Below, piece by piece: positions 29,949-40,204 of a stretch of 64,000 bases of DNA. The stretch lies in the IMG/VR virus record IMGVR_UViG_3300032516_002690, positions 40,210-104,209 of that record. One strand, given 5' to 3'. Within the stretch, counting starts at the first letter, position 1. The number at the start of each line of letters is the position of its first letter. Both the position numbers and the translations under genes were made by a program. The DNA comes from a virus. The notes under the pieces are model-generated. The model did not search any database. It saw only the letters and a program-made list of their open reading frames with translations, and was not told where the DNA came from.

Positions 29949-31901
29949 TCACGCTAGGCGTTGCTTAACAAAGGAGTCACGCGCATCATCGACCAACGTA
30001 CGCAGTACGTTTGCATCCTTGTCCGTGACAGCTTGGACGTGAGGTCGATCCAGAGCGCCATTGCCATTAACACGTATTCCCCACGTAAGTCCCAGCGTTG
30101 TCGCTAGTTCACCGAGGGCTACGTAGAATTGTGGGTACTCGTATCCGAGTGAAGCGCTGATAATATCTACGGCAGCTCCGTAAATGTGCAACGACGTACT
30201 ACTGCCTACGCCGCGTTCATCCAACAATTGTGCACGTTCCGGAGTACGGTAGCCCTCTTGCAGCACGGGATCGTACCCAGCGGCGCGCATAGCATTGAAG
30301 AGATCTTGTACGCGGTCAGCAAAACTAGGAACCAGCAGGTACGGGTTCCGCGAAACAGGCATGTTGTTTAGTTTAGCGTCCGACCCGTCAGGCCTGCCGT
30401 AATCGTAAACACCCCGCGGGGATGTAGATACAGACATACCGCCACTTAACGGCGGTAGGGCTGAAACTATCTCTGTAGGATTCTGACTATCCGAACGTCC
30501 CCACAATCCTGTGTTGGGGTCCAGGAACAACGCATTTATAATTGTCGGTGATTCTGAAGCTGTACGCTGGGTAATGCTCGATAAATTAGCAGTATTGCGC
30601 GCCCACGCAGTGCTTGACGCATTAGCAGTCGCTTGTGCCGCGGTGGAGAAACCAGGACGCGTAATAGCCTGCGCTTGTTGTGCTCGAATTACCGTCAACA
30701 GTTTATTCTGGCTGATACTCTGCGCTACGGACAGGGCCCCAGAACCCGTAATCGCAGGTACCTTTATGTTGAGCGACAGCGTCTTTAGTGTAGGATCGAA
30801 TAGCTCCGTTGTTACGTCGAAACTACGCAGTTTTTCTACCTTGGCAAAGATGCGCGCATACGCACTTATATACTCGCCTCTTGCGGCATTTTTATACCAG
30901 ATTTCAAATCGTCGATCCCATGCTGCCGTGTCATCGCCGTAAATAGCAGTGATCAACGGCACTGAAGTTACAGGCGTAATCCCGAGTCTAAAATCTGGGG
31001 GTAGAAAAAACTCTGCACCTGGATCAAGCGCGTTAGAACCAGACGCATGCGCAAAACAACCAGGTATGTTACTGTTGACATTTGTTTTTAGCTGCGCACC
31101 GTGCCCTAGATATCTGGTGAATTTATCGCCAGTGTAGACTTCGAGCTTTTTCAGCAGGAAAGCATCGAGCACATACTGCTGCTCAGAGTAGGGTCCGTGA
31201 TCTTCAACAGATCGTAATTCACCAGTGCCCTGATTATCGTAGTACCATTCTTCGTGATTAATCCCGATAGACTTTTGGTTAATACCGGCCAGGTTATACT
31301 TAGCGCCTGTGCTATTTACATGAGTACAGGCTGAATCCCACGATGCTGAATTAACCAAATCACCGCGCAGGCTCACTAAGTGGTGCATGCCTATTTGCGC
31401 GGGAGTCGATGGTGTCACATACTGCAATAACCCCGATGCGAAGCGCTCTGCGTTGTAAGCAGTTGCAGGGTCGGTAGTATTAAATCCGGCACCCTCAGCA
31501 GGTGCTGCTTTTGTACCTTTTCGCCGCGTCTGCGCGTAGTCGTATGCACGGCCAAAACTATGCATAACTACGAACTTGATGCTCGGATTGAACTTTTTAA
31601 AGGTTGCGCCGCTTAGCGGAGGTACGTAATAACTAACCGGATCGGTCAAAGGACCGCTGCGTTTAACTCCGCAGGAATACCCAGTAGGTAGTGTTACACC
31701 TTGCAACGCAAGGGCTGCCTTTAACACATCGGGTTTAAAAAGACCTTCAGCGCCGGCAATAGACACAATGCGCAGATTAGTTGCGACACTGTTCTTTTGA
31801 GCTTGGATATTGCGATACGCAGGCACTGCGCCTTCGTAGTGTGCAATTAATTTAGCCAGCTCTGCGGCAAAGTCTTGCCCTAATGTATCTAGTCCACTCA
31901 C
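29949..31901 (-). CDS. tail-associated peptidoglycan hydrolase: Amidase_2-like plus M15 peptidase domains
   Basis: Amidase FVVMHS..SIGINHE..H..DPG; M15 EGYRT, SLHIYGAAVD, LTWG, DRPHVQ. Confidence 0.8.
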   Translation of the reverse strand: MSGLDTLGQDFAAELAKLIAHYEGAVPAYRNIQAQKNSVATNLRIVSIAGAEGLFKPDVLKAALALQGVTLPTGYSCGVKRSGPLTDPVSYYVPPLSGATFKKFNPSIKFVVMHSFGRAYDYAQTRRKGTKAAPAEGAGFNTTDPATAYNAERFASGLLQYVTPSTPAQIGMHHLVSLRGDLVNSASWDSACTHVNSTGAKYNLAGINQKSIGINHEEWYYDNQGTGELRSVEDHGPYSEQQYVLDAFLLKKLEVYTGDKFTRYLGHGAQLKTNVNSNIPGCFAHASGSNALDPGAEFFLPPDFRLGITPVTSVPLITAIYGDDTAAWDRRFEIWYKNAARGEYISAYARIFAKVEKLRSFDVTTELFDPTLKTLSLNIKVPAITGSGALSVAQSISQNKLLTVIRAQQAQAITRPGFSTAAQATANASSTAWARNTANLSSITQRTASESPTIINALFLDPNTGLWGRSDSQNPTEIVSALPPLSGGMSVSTSPRGVYDYGRPDGSDAKLNNMPVSRNPYLLVPSFADRVQDLFNAMRAAGYDPVLQEGYRTPERAQLLDERGVGSSTSLHIYGAAVDIISASLGYEYPQFYVALGELATTLGLTWGIRVNGNGALDRPHVQAVTDKDANVLRTLVDDARDSFVKQRLA

Positions 31902-32578
31902 TGCGACTCCCGAAGAAGCGCGTTAATTTTGTTTTTCTCGTAGCTCAATACCCCTTGCGTAATACTGAGCTTTTTCATTATCTTGGTATTGTTGAGTATC
32001 GGATTACCTTGATAACCCGTCGTATGTTCGAAAATCTGCTGCTGTCTCGGGGACATGCTGTAATAAGCGTACCCAATACTCGCATCGTGTTCGTAAGGTA
32101 CAAAGAGCTCGCTAGGCGAGTCTTTTGACTCAACCAGCTCCGACCGTCCAAATTGAGTACGAAGTTGCTCTACCTTTTTAGGGCTCCAACGCAACGCATC
32201 AGCGAGTTCTTCAGTAGAGGGCTCACGGCCATTTTCTGCCATGAAGTCTTCTTGCGCTGCCGTAAAGGTCGTATGCAGAGTCATTGAGTGCTCAGGAATA
32301 CGTGCTGCATCTTTATGCGCGTAATTCATGCGACTTAATTTTTGAATCTGATTCACGACGTGTGTCGACAGCTTAATACCCAGTGTAGGCTGATACGATT
32401 TAATCGCTTTTACAGCTAGCGATTTAGCCTGAAGCTCTAGTACGTTGCGCGATAGCGAACCTGCGCGTTTGTTGACCTCGGATTGGATCAACGGATCGAG
32501 TTGCTTGACCAGCTTCTCTAGATCCAGGGGCGCCCGAGTCTGCGACCATGTCTTGTAGAGCTCGACATCTTTTTCCAT
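31898..32578 (-). CDS. phage sigma70-family sigma factor
   Basis: KAIKSYQP..G.KLSTHV (region 2), ARIPE, GREPSTEELADAL (region 3), MSPRQQQIF (region 4). Confidence 0.85.
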   Translation of the reverse strand: MEKDVELYKTWSQTRAPLDLEKLVKQLDPLIQSEVNKRAGSLSRNVLELQAKSLAVKAIKSYQPTLGIKLSTHVVNQIQKLSRMNYAHKDAARIPEHSMTLHTTFTAAQEDFMAENGREPSTEELADALRWSPKKVEQLRTQFGRSELVESKDSPSELFVPYEHDASIGYAYYSMSPRQQQIFEHTTGYQGNPILNNTKIMKKLSITQGVLSYEKNKINALLRESQ

Positions 32579-32580
32579 GT

Positions 32581-35427
32581 CTATTTACCCGGGGCTAGTC
32601 GAGACAAAACATTACTACGATAGACCTGCAGTACCGCATCCCAGTCCTGAGATGTTTGCGGGAAGTCGTCAGGAACTCCCTGCACCTTGTTTGTTACTTT
32701 AGCCGGATCGTTAACCAAAGCCGCAATGTTTTCTTGTCGCTGAGCAAGATTAAGCTCCGTTGGAGTTGGCAAGACTATCCAAACCCCATCGGGTGTAGTA
32801 ACACCTGTGGCGTTGGTGAGGTTTAGTCCTGTGTCGGGGATAGCTTTCGGCGGACCCGCGCGGTATTTTCGTATACGCCGATAGTAAACAGCGGGGAACG
32901 TGCGTTCGTCATCCGCAGCAAGCGCTACACCAGGCAGCACTGTGCCGCGATCTTTCTTTTCAACAGCCTCTTCACCCAGAAACACCAAGTACTCATCGAG
33001 CGTGCATATCGGCCGCGCGTTGTAAAACATGGCAGCTTCAAAGCTTTCAAACAACGGGCCTGCAGTAGGGGCAGGGTCGATGTCTACGTTGCCGTTCAGG
33101 TTGGTGCTGGTAGTGCTGTTCTGTATCTCTTCGTCGAGCAGGTTTAGCCGCTGAATAATATTCGGATCTGCGTTGCCATCCGCGGGCAATTGCTGCAATT
33201 CAGGCTGTGCCGTAGCTCCGCGTATAAAGGTTAGGTCTTCAGCGGTTGCTGAACCCGAACGCATTTTCTCGATGACGGATAGCGTCTTCAAGCGGGTTGT
33301 CGTATCGATGCCCTGAAGTTTAACAGCCTCAGATTTACCTTTTTCTGACGTGAGCTGTATAATTTTCTGATACTGAAAAGACGCGTCTTTAGTGCCTAGA
33401 TATGCGTCAACGTCCGGTGCTTGCTTAGCGTCTTGCGCTAATGCAGGCACAATCATGCCTTCTACTTCGTCAGCGCGACGAATAATATCTGCGCGTTGCT
33501 GCGCTTGTGATATCTCATCGACGTTTTTGGGCTTGCTTCTGTACAGCAGAGATCTGTAGAACGCTTCCGCTCGATCAAAGTTCTGGATAGTGTCCCGAAC
33601 CTCTATCAGAGGCTCAGCGGGACCTACCGCAATAGGCCCGACGCGCTCCATTTGCGGGTCCGTATTGGTCGAGCTTGTTCCATCATTTTCGTTAATGCTA
33701 CGCGCTACATCAGCACGCTTCGTAATAATATCCGCATTTTCCATCTCGATGGATTTACGCAGTAGCGCGAAGGCTTCCTGCATTGTGCGGCCATACGACA
33801 TGCTCACGTCAGTCTGCATCATGCGCGAACTAAGCACGTGCCGAACGTTCATTACGTACGCAAAAATATCTATCTTCGTAGACCGTCTGTCAAATACTGC
33901 GCACGGAAAACCAGGCATCGGATATGGATTAAACGCCATGCTTACACCAGCAGTGCGGCGAGCGTAGCGTTCCTTCTGATACTCATATGCTGCGTACAAC
34001 CTAAATATGTTGTGTTGCGTATCTCCCGGCATGACGCTTCGGGCTACTTCAATACGCTGCTCTTCCGTAAGAGTTTTATCGTTGATGTCCACGCCGGGCT
34101 GGTTGCGCGCGTTGTTCAAAAACAAGAACCATCGCGGCATAGATCTACGATCTACAACAGGTCCTCGAAAGAATTCCTCGGGATAAACCAATACGTTTTT
34201 AGCGTTGAGCTTGGGGTCTTGCAGCGCTGCCCGCATTGCAATATTGACTTCTTCAGGGTGCGCAACAGTTAGCGCCGCACGCACTACTGCATCTAAACCA
34301 CTGGAATTATTGCTCTGATTTACGCTTAGATACGACGTCCAACTCTCGTCGTTGAAATACATGCGCGTAGGTTGAGTCGCGTAATTCTCTTGATAGCCGA
34401 ACTGCGTAATCTGTGATGGATAAAAGACATTGCACGTAGGAGGTAACCCAAACAGAAATTGCGGCTTGACGAAGTAAGCAGCTAGATTATTTACGATTTC
34501 GGGAGCGTATGCCTTAGGGGGAGCTCCTAAAATGTTGAGTTCTCGGTCTACTGTAACGGACGGCGGCGTAGGAATCATCGCCAATTCCATCATGAGCGTA
34601 GACAGTACTTGCTCGAATACCTGCCAAATAGAGCCCGCTGTGCCTATGTTCGACGTAAGCCCTGCGACAGCGCTAATAGCCCAATCAGCCTGTACGGCCC
34701 TCAGTATTGGGAATACCCCCTTACTACCTGCTTTACCGTCTTCAAGATACGGCAGCGCTACAAAACGCTTATCGAACTTTGTGCGCTTAGCCCAAGGTGA
34801 GAAGAAGTTTGCAGCGGGCACGCTTCGGCGATCTAAATCTGCAGTTAACCCCGTGACCACGTTACGTACGTATTCAATAGGTCGTGTGATTAACGGAGAC
34901 TCAATATTCTGCGAGCCTTCGGCTTTGGCCTGCACTAAACCCTTCGAGAACAACGAGTACGGGAATAATGGTGCAAAACCCGGCGTATTCACCGTGGTTA
35001 GGCTTACACCCGTTGTTTGTCCGAACGCGCCTACGGCAAGGTCGTCGATACTCGACATAAAAAAGAAAAACAATTGCGTGAATATCTGTATATAGTCGAC
35101 AGCAGTAAATGAAAGGCTGCGCCCACGCTGTACGTTGACATAACTCCAACCGATTATTTCGCCATCGAATAATAGCCTAAACTCTGGCTTTTGCGGCTTA
35201 ATCCAGTGGTCACAAAAGAAAATCTGTACAGCGACACGATCTTCAGACCCTAAGCGTTGAATGCTCGGGTCTGGTATCATCACAATCTCAGCCTGTGGTA
35301 TTTGCCATACGCCGTAGCTCACGCTAACGGACGCTACGGGAACCTCTAAGCCGTTAATGTATACGAGCCATGCGTTCTGATACGCGCGATTGGCATTTAC
35401 TCTATCTTCGCGTTCAGTAGCCATCAC
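32581..35427 (-). CDS. baseplate hub-like tail protein
   Basis: 948 aa; VYINGLEVP, LLFDGEI, FNPY..PGFP; position in tail module. Confidence 0.55.
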   Translation of the reverse strand: MMATEREDRVNANRAYQNAWLVYINGLEVPVASVSVSYGVWQIPQAEIVMIPDPSIQRLGSEDRVAVQIFFCDHWIKPQKPEFRLLFDGEIIGWSYVNVQRGRSLSFTAVDYIQIFTQLFFFFMSSIDDLAVGAFGQTTGVSLTTVNTPGFAPLFPYSLFSKGLVQAKAEGSQNIESPLITRPIEYVRNVVTGLTADLDRRSVPAANFFSPWAKRTKFDKRFVALPYLEDGKAGSKGVFPILRAVQADWAISAVAGLTSNIGTAGSIWQVFEQVLSTLMMELAMIPTPPSVTVDRELNILGAPPKAYAPEIVNNLAAYFVKPQFLFGLPPTCNVFYPSQITQFGYQENYATQPTRMYFNDESWTSYLSVNQSNNSSGLDAVVRAALTVAHPEEVNIAMRAALQDPKLNAKNVLVYPEEFFRGPVVDRRSMPRWFLFLNNARNQPGVDINDKTLTEEQRIEVARSVMPGDTQHNIFRLYAAYEYQKERYARRTAGVSMAFNPYPMPGFPCAVFDRRSTKIDIFAYVMNVRHVLSSRMMQTDVSMSYGRTMQEAFALLRKSIEMENADIITKRADVARSINENDGTSSTNTDPQMERVGPIAVGPAEPLIEVRDTIQNFDRAEAFYRSLLYRSKPKNVDEISQAQQRADIIRRADEVEGMIVPALAQDAKQAPDVDAYLGTKDASFQYQKIIQLTSEKGKSEAVKLQGIDTTTRLKTLSVIEKMRSGSATAEDLTFIRGATAQPELQQLPADGNADPNIIQRLNLLDEEIQNSTTSTNLNGNVDIDPAPTAGPLFESFEAAMFYNARPICTLDEYLVFLGEEAVEKKDRGTVLPGVALAADDERTFPAVYYRRIRKYRAGPPKAIPDTGLNLTNATGVTTPDGVWIVLPTPTELNLAQRQENIAALVNDPAKVTNKVQGVPDDFPQTSQDWDAVLQVYRSNVLSRLAPGK

Positions 35428-35432
35428 AACCT

Positions 35433-36341
35433 TTATGACAAGATGACAGGCGTAGAATCTGCGATGAGTATACTTTGCGTTAACTCATATGCCTTGGCAT
35501 ATAGCAATATGTTTGCCACCAAACTAACCCGGTAAATATACAGAGTAGAATCCAGATAATCGCTAAAGGACGCCAGGTAGGCCGTGTCTAATCCACTCAG
35601 TTCGTGAAATGCTTGGATGTCCGTCTTAAGCGTTTTTGAATTATCGGCTAGAACTTTGTCAATTGCCCGCGTATTTTGCCTCTCACTGACTACAGAGTCC
35701 AGTGCGTCCTTGTTGCGTAGATCGTACGGGTTTAATAGAGTGCAAAGTTCGGTTGCAAATGCGGACTGGTAAATAACCCGCGCTGCTTTATTTCCCGGCT
35801 GTGAACTAGCGGTAGCTTGTAGCCGTAAAGCGTTGTCCAGAAACAGTGTGCGGTACTGCTCTAAACTTATAAATCGCTCCATCGGAGTCTGAAGCGCTAC
35901 TTCGACAGGTAGCGGGCTCAGGCCCGTATAGTTGTTTGGATCTGCTCGTATTCTGAAAGACCAGTTAGCGATTCCGGACAGGTCAGTTAGATCGCGGGTG
36001 TAGGCTGCCATATTTACATGTTTAAGGAAATCAAAGCCTACCGTCCCGCGTAACCGTACCGTAAGTATGCCCGCTGCGTAGCTTACTCTACCCACGAATC
36101 CGGCGGAAAAACCTGTAGTCCCGCTGTACGCTTGCGTACCGTCGACTAAAATAATGACAGACAGCGTATCTAGGTTGTACGTAGGGTCAAAGAATTTGAC
36201 AGTAATGAACGTGTCTTCTTGTACGTCTAGTTGGCTATCAATTGGATTGATTGATATGACTACAGGGCCGTCCGTGCTCGGCCGGACTACGTTACCGTAA
36301 CCCCACCGGGTCGTGCCCCATCCGTACAGATCTAACACCAT
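35433..36341 (-). CDS. structural protein with Ig-like N-terminus
   Basis: 302 aa; YGWG..WG start, P.VISINP..DV..I.V.F. Confidence 0.5.
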   Translation of the reverse strand: MVLDLYGWGTTRWGYGNVVRPSTDGPVVISINPIDSQLDVQEDTFITVKFFDPTYNLDTLSVIILVDGTQAYSGTTGFSAGFVGRVSYAAGILTVRLRGTVGFDFLKHVNMAAYTRDLTDLSGIANWSFRIRADPNNYTGLSPLPVEVALQTPMERFISLEQYRTLFLDNALRLQATASSQPGNKAARVIYQSAFATELCTLLNPYDLRNKDALDSVVSERQNTRAIDKVLADNSKTLKTDIQAFHELSGLDTAYLASFSDYLDSTLYIYRVSLVANILLYAKAYELTQSILIADSTPVILS

Positions 36342-36376
36342 CTAAACGCCCCCTACACCGTAAAGACTTACGTAAA

Positions 36377-36649
36377 TCAAGCCCCTTCGGTCGCCGGCAC
36401 AACTGCCGCAGGCTCAAGCGTAGGCGCAGCGGGGAGCGTCTCCGTAATCATTTCTTCTTTGTGTGCGGCGTAAAGCGTCGCAAATGCCACGAGCTGCTCA
36501 CGTATTACGGCTAGTGCCTGCGCAAGTACTTCGTGGGTATCTGCATTCACGTTGACTGAGCGCACGCTGGCCGTTACGTGCCTGAAGGCTACGTCGGCAT
36601 TCATTTTCTCAGACAACGGTAGCTCTACATTAGGGCGGTTCCTGGACAT
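36377..36649 (-). CDS. hypothetical protein
   Basis: 90 aa; AGGAG RBS. Confidence 0.6.
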   Translation of the reverse strand: MSRNRPNVELPLSEKMNADVAFRHVTASVRSVNVNADTHEVLAQALAVIREQLVAFATLYAAHKEEMITETLPAAPTLEPAAVVPATEGA

Positions 36650-36733
36650 TTAAATTCTCCTATTTATTGAGCGCAACACGCAGCGCCAGGCTCTTAGTTA
36701 GCCTGTTGTATACATTTACGCAAGCGCAATGAC

Positions 36734-37168
36734 TCAGTAGCTTAATACTACATAACCCGAGGTGGTAACGCCGAAAACGCCTGGTCCAGGGTAACGCGTG
36801 CCTGCTCTGTCCGGAATAATGGACGGCCATGTCACGAATTTGTTCGCGACTGCGTCGAACACACGGTTTATGAATCTCGAATCTCCGAAAAATACTAACG
36901 AAGAGGAGACGCTACCGCCGCCAGCCGGGCCAGTGGGTACCGCAGGCACTGTGACTATCACCGAGGCTACGGTACCCGTACCAACAGAAGCCCCTACCAA
37001 GATGGCTGCGTTGGCTAGAAAGTTCGCGGAAATGGTGCCAACACTTACTACGCCGCCTGATAAGATGGCTGCGTTAGCTAGAAAGTTCGCGCCAACAGTG
37101 CCGCCGCTTTCGACGTCCGCGAACGTTAGCGCCTGGTTGCTAATTAAATTTGCGTCGAAATCGGCCAC
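36734..37168 (-). CDS. hypothetical protein with internal ANFLANAAIL repeat
   Basis: ANFLANAAIL occurs twice; DNA repeat near 36999-37030 and 37062-37090. Confidence 0.55.
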   Translation of the reverse strand: MADFDANLISNQALTFADVESGGTVGANFLANAAILSGGVVSVGTISANFLANAAILVGASVGTGTVASVIVTVPAVPTGPAGGGSVSSSLVFFGDSRFINRVFDAVANKFVTWPSIIPDRAGTRYPGPGVFGVTTSGYVVLSY

Positions 37169-37183
37169 GACCCACCTAACCTT

Positions 37184-38176
37184 TCACAAGCTCGGCGAAA
37201 CAGCCTCAGGCCACGACGGCAGTAATGCCCCGAAATAGACGTACGCATTGGTAGCGTTGAGGACGGTCGCTGGATAGCTTCGCGCCGTATTGGTGACAAG
37301 CTTTATGTCTGCGCAAAAGCCTTTTAGACCTGGCTGAGCGCCCTGAGTTGCGTTGCGGCCGAGCAGCAACGGGAGCGGCTGATCCTCTGTTGCGTAAGGT
37401 CCGGTGCTCATGTTCTCACCGCCTGAAGGGTGGCCTAAATAACTGCCGCTACCTGCGCCAAGTGAATAGGCAGACATGGCTACGCGCCTAAACGCTGCGG
37501 TGCTTAGTCCGTAAGCAATCCATGCTCGGGCGTAGAATCCCGCATCGCTGTTAAAGCCCCAGCCGGCTACTACAGGTCCCGTCGCAACGTACCATGTGAT
37601 GATAGCCCTAGGCGCCACGTCTAGCGTATTATACGTGCCGTTCGCCATGCCATCCAGCCCGAAGAAGCTGGCCGCCACACCTGTCGCATTAACAGAACCT
37701 CCAAACCAGAATGGGTAGGTGCCGCTGCCGGCTTGAGCGGTGCTGTTGGCAACGACGTGAAACCTGTACAGGTTGTCTGTGTGAAGCATTTGCGTGCCTG
37801 CGGGCGACGCATCCGTGCCGGCTCCATAGAGGACTTGTTCGTCCGTAGCGGACCCTACCGTCGTAGAGTTAGGGCTGCCTCCAGCCATGACTCCAGTTTC
37901 CGAATACTTCACACGGTAAGTCGTGTTGGATATGGTCTGAAAGGACAAGCAAACCTTGGTAGCTGCGTCGGTAACTGTAAAATATGCACGCGTGGTTCCG
38001 AGCCCGCCGGCAACCGCGCCGCCACCTGTAATAATATCTCCGCTTGCGCTATACAGCGCGAGTCCGTCTCCCGACTTAGTGACGGTCCAACCTGCTGCAA
38101 CCAGCGTAGTTTTTACGGAAAACATGGCCAGAGGGCCTGTCAGAGGCAGTTGATTTACGGTATGGAACTTTGCCAT
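37184..38176 (-). CDS. putative virion/receptor-binding protein, tandem paralog (copy 3)
   Basis: 330 aa; co-linear with 38187-39170 and 39194-40180. Confidence 0.75.
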   Translation of the reverse strand: MAKFHTVNQLPLTGPLAMFSVKTTLVAAGWTVTKSGDGLALYSASGDIITGGGAVAGGLGTTRAYFTVTDAATKVCLSFQTISNTTYRVKYSETGVMAGGSPNSTTVGSATDEQVLYGAGTDASPAGTQMLHTDNLYRFHVVANSTAQAGSGTYPFWFGGSVNATGVAASFFGLDGMANGTYNTLDVAPRAIITWYVATGPVVAGWGFNSDAGFYARAWIAYGLSTAAFRRVAMSAYSLGAGSGSYLGHPSGGENMSTGPYATEDQPLPLLLGRNATQGAQPGLKGFCADIKLVTNTARSYPATVLNATNAYVYFGALLPSWPEAVSPSL

Positions 38177-38186
38177 GGGTGATCCT

Positions 38187-39170
38187 TCACAGGCTCGGCG
38201 AAACAGATTCGGGCCACAGAACGAGCAGCCCGCCGTAATAAACGTACGCGTTGGTTGCGTTTAGAATTGTCGAAGGGTAGTTCCTTGCGTTATTGCTTGT
38301 TGTTTTGTAGTCTGTGCACGTACCCTTAGGTCCAGACAGCGTGCCGTTTGCTGCTGAGCGACCGAGCAGCAGAGGCAACGGCTGATCCTCGGTCGCATAA
38401 GGCCCAGTACTCATGGTGAGTACGCCAGCCGGACCCCCCAGTATACTGGCGTTACTTGTATACGGGAGAATACATAGCCGTTTGAAGGCTGCAGCTCCGA
38501 GGCCGTACGCAATCCATCCGCGGGCGTAAAGGTTTGTGTCGACAGTCTGTGCCCAGTTGGCGACAATAGGACCTGTCGCGACATACCAAGTAATGATCGC
38601 TCTCGGCACTACATCCAGGGGGTGGTACGTACCTGTAAACATCCCTTCGAGCCCGAAGAAGCTTGCTACTACCCCTGTTGCGTTCACAGTGCAACCGAAC
38701 CAAAACGGGTAAGTACCGTTGCTTGTTTGCGCCGTGCTGTTCGCGACCACATGAAAGCGGTACGAGTTGTCCGTATGAAGCATCTGCGTACCCGTTGGCG
38801 AAGAATCCGTACCTGCGCCATAAAGGATCTGCTCGTCTGGAGCGGTTCCGGTTGTCGTCGAGTTTGGAGACCCGCCCGCCATGGCACCTGTTTCCGAATA
38901 TTTTACACGCCACGTGGTGGTCGTGATCATCTGGAAAGACAGGCATACTTTCGTGGAAGCGTCCGTAACTGTGAAGTACGCCCGGTTATTTCCGAGGCCG
39001 CCGGCAACAGCGCCGCCGCCTGTGAGGATGTCCCCGCTTGCGCTATACAAAGCAAGGCCGTCACCAGATTTAGTGACAGTCCATCCGGCACTAACGAGCA
39101 CAGTTTTGACTGTGAACATGCCCAGAGGGCCTGTAGTGGGTAGTTGGTTTACGTTGCTAAATTTTGCCAT
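38187..39170 (-). CDS. putative virion/receptor-binding protein, tandem paralog (copy 2)
   Basis: 327 aa; shared GWTVTKSGDGLALYSASGDI and GPYATEDQPLP. Confidence 0.75.
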   Translation of the reverse strand: MAKFSNVNQLPTTGPLGMFTVKTVLVSAGWTVTKSGDGLALYSASGDILTGGGAVAGGLGNNRAYFTVTDASTKVCLSFQMITTTTWRVKYSETGAMAGGSPNSTTTGTAPDEQILYGAGTDSSPTGTQMLHTDNSYRFHVVANSTAQTSNGTYPFWFGCTVNATGVVASFFGLEGMFTGTYHPLDVVPRAIITWYVATGPIVANWAQTVDTNLYARGWIAYGLGAAAFKRLCILPYTSNASILGGPAGVLTMSTGPYATEDQPLPLLLGRSAANGTLSGPKGTCTDYKTTSNNARNYPSTILNATNAYVYYGGLLVLWPESVSPSL

Positions 39171-39193
39171 GGGTGATCCTTACGCGCGTATGC

Positions 39194-40180
39194 TCACAGG
39201 CTCGGCGCAACAGTCTCGGGCCACATAACCATCAATCCCCCGAAAAGGATGTAGGCGTTCGTTGCGTTCAAAATAGTCGTTGGGTAGGTTCGAGCCGTGT
39301 TGGTGTTCTGCTTATAGTCTGTGCAGGTACCCTTAGGCCCTGGCAGCGTACCGTTTCCGGTGAAACGCCCAATCAGTATAGGTAACGGTTGATCCTCTGT
39401 CGCATAAGGACCCGTGCCCATATTACTAGTGCCTGTAATCATGCCTAGGATGCTGCTGTTGCCTGCAGCATAGCCGAACATACATAGCCGCTTGAAAGCC
39501 GCTGCGCCTAATCCGTACGCAATCCATCCGCGTGCGTAAAGCGTCGTGTCGGTGACTTGTGCCCAATCAGCTTGGACGGGGCCTGTCGCAACGTACCAAG
39601 TAATAATCACTCTCGGCACGACATCTAACGGGTGGAACGTACCTGCGAGCATTCCTTCGAGTCCAAAGAAACTCGCCTGCACCCCCGTCGCCACTATACT
39701 GCAACCGAACCAGAACGGGTAAGTACCGTTGCTTGCCTGCGCCGTGGAGTTTGCAACAACGTGAAAACGGTACAAGTTGTCCGTATGCAGCATCTGCGTG
39801 CCCGTGGGAGACGCGTCTGTTCCAGCACCGTAGAGAATCTGCTCATCAGCGGCGGTTCCGGTCGTCGTCGAGTTCGGAGATCCACCAGCCATGGCGCCCG
39901 TCTCAGAATACTTCACACGGTAAGTCGTGTTGGAAATGGTCTGAAAGGACAGACATACTTTCGTAGATGCGTCCGTAACTGTGAAATACGCGCGCGTAGT
40001 GCCTAGCCCGCCGGCAACAGCACCGCCACCTGTAATAATATCTCCGCTTGCACTATACAAAGCAAGGCCGTCACCAGATTTAGTGACAGTCCAACCCGCT
40101 GCAACCAGCGTGGTCTTCACCGAGTACATGGCCAGGGGCCCTGTGGCAAGTAGTTGGTTTACGTTGCTAAATTTTGCCAT
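39194..40180 (-). CDS. putative virion/receptor-binding protein, tandem paralog (copy 1)
   Basis: 328 aa; same conserved blocks. Confidence 0.75.
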   Translation of the reverse strand: MAKFSNVNQLLATGPLAMYSVKTTLVAAGWTVTKSGDGLALYSASGDIITGGGAVAGGLGTTRAYFTVTDASTKVCLSFQTISNTTYRVKYSETGAMAGGSPNSTTTGTAADEQILYGAGTDASPTGTQMLHTDNLYRFHVVANSTAQASNGTYPFWFGCSIVATGVQASFFGLEGMLAGTFHPLDVVPRVIITWYVATGPVQADWAQVTDTTLYARGWIAYGLGAAAFKRLCMFGYAAGNSSILGMITGTSNMGTGPYATEDQPLPILIGRFTGNGTLPGPKGTCTDYKQNTNTARTYPTTILNATNAYILFGGLMVMWPETVAPSL

Positions 40181-40204
40181 ATAAAATCCTCGTTATCGTA
40201 CAGA

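Noticed and set aside
37184-40180. Diversity-generating retroelement TR/VR
   Set aside because: All three copies are full genes differing at all base types, and the RT has retron rather than DGR motifs
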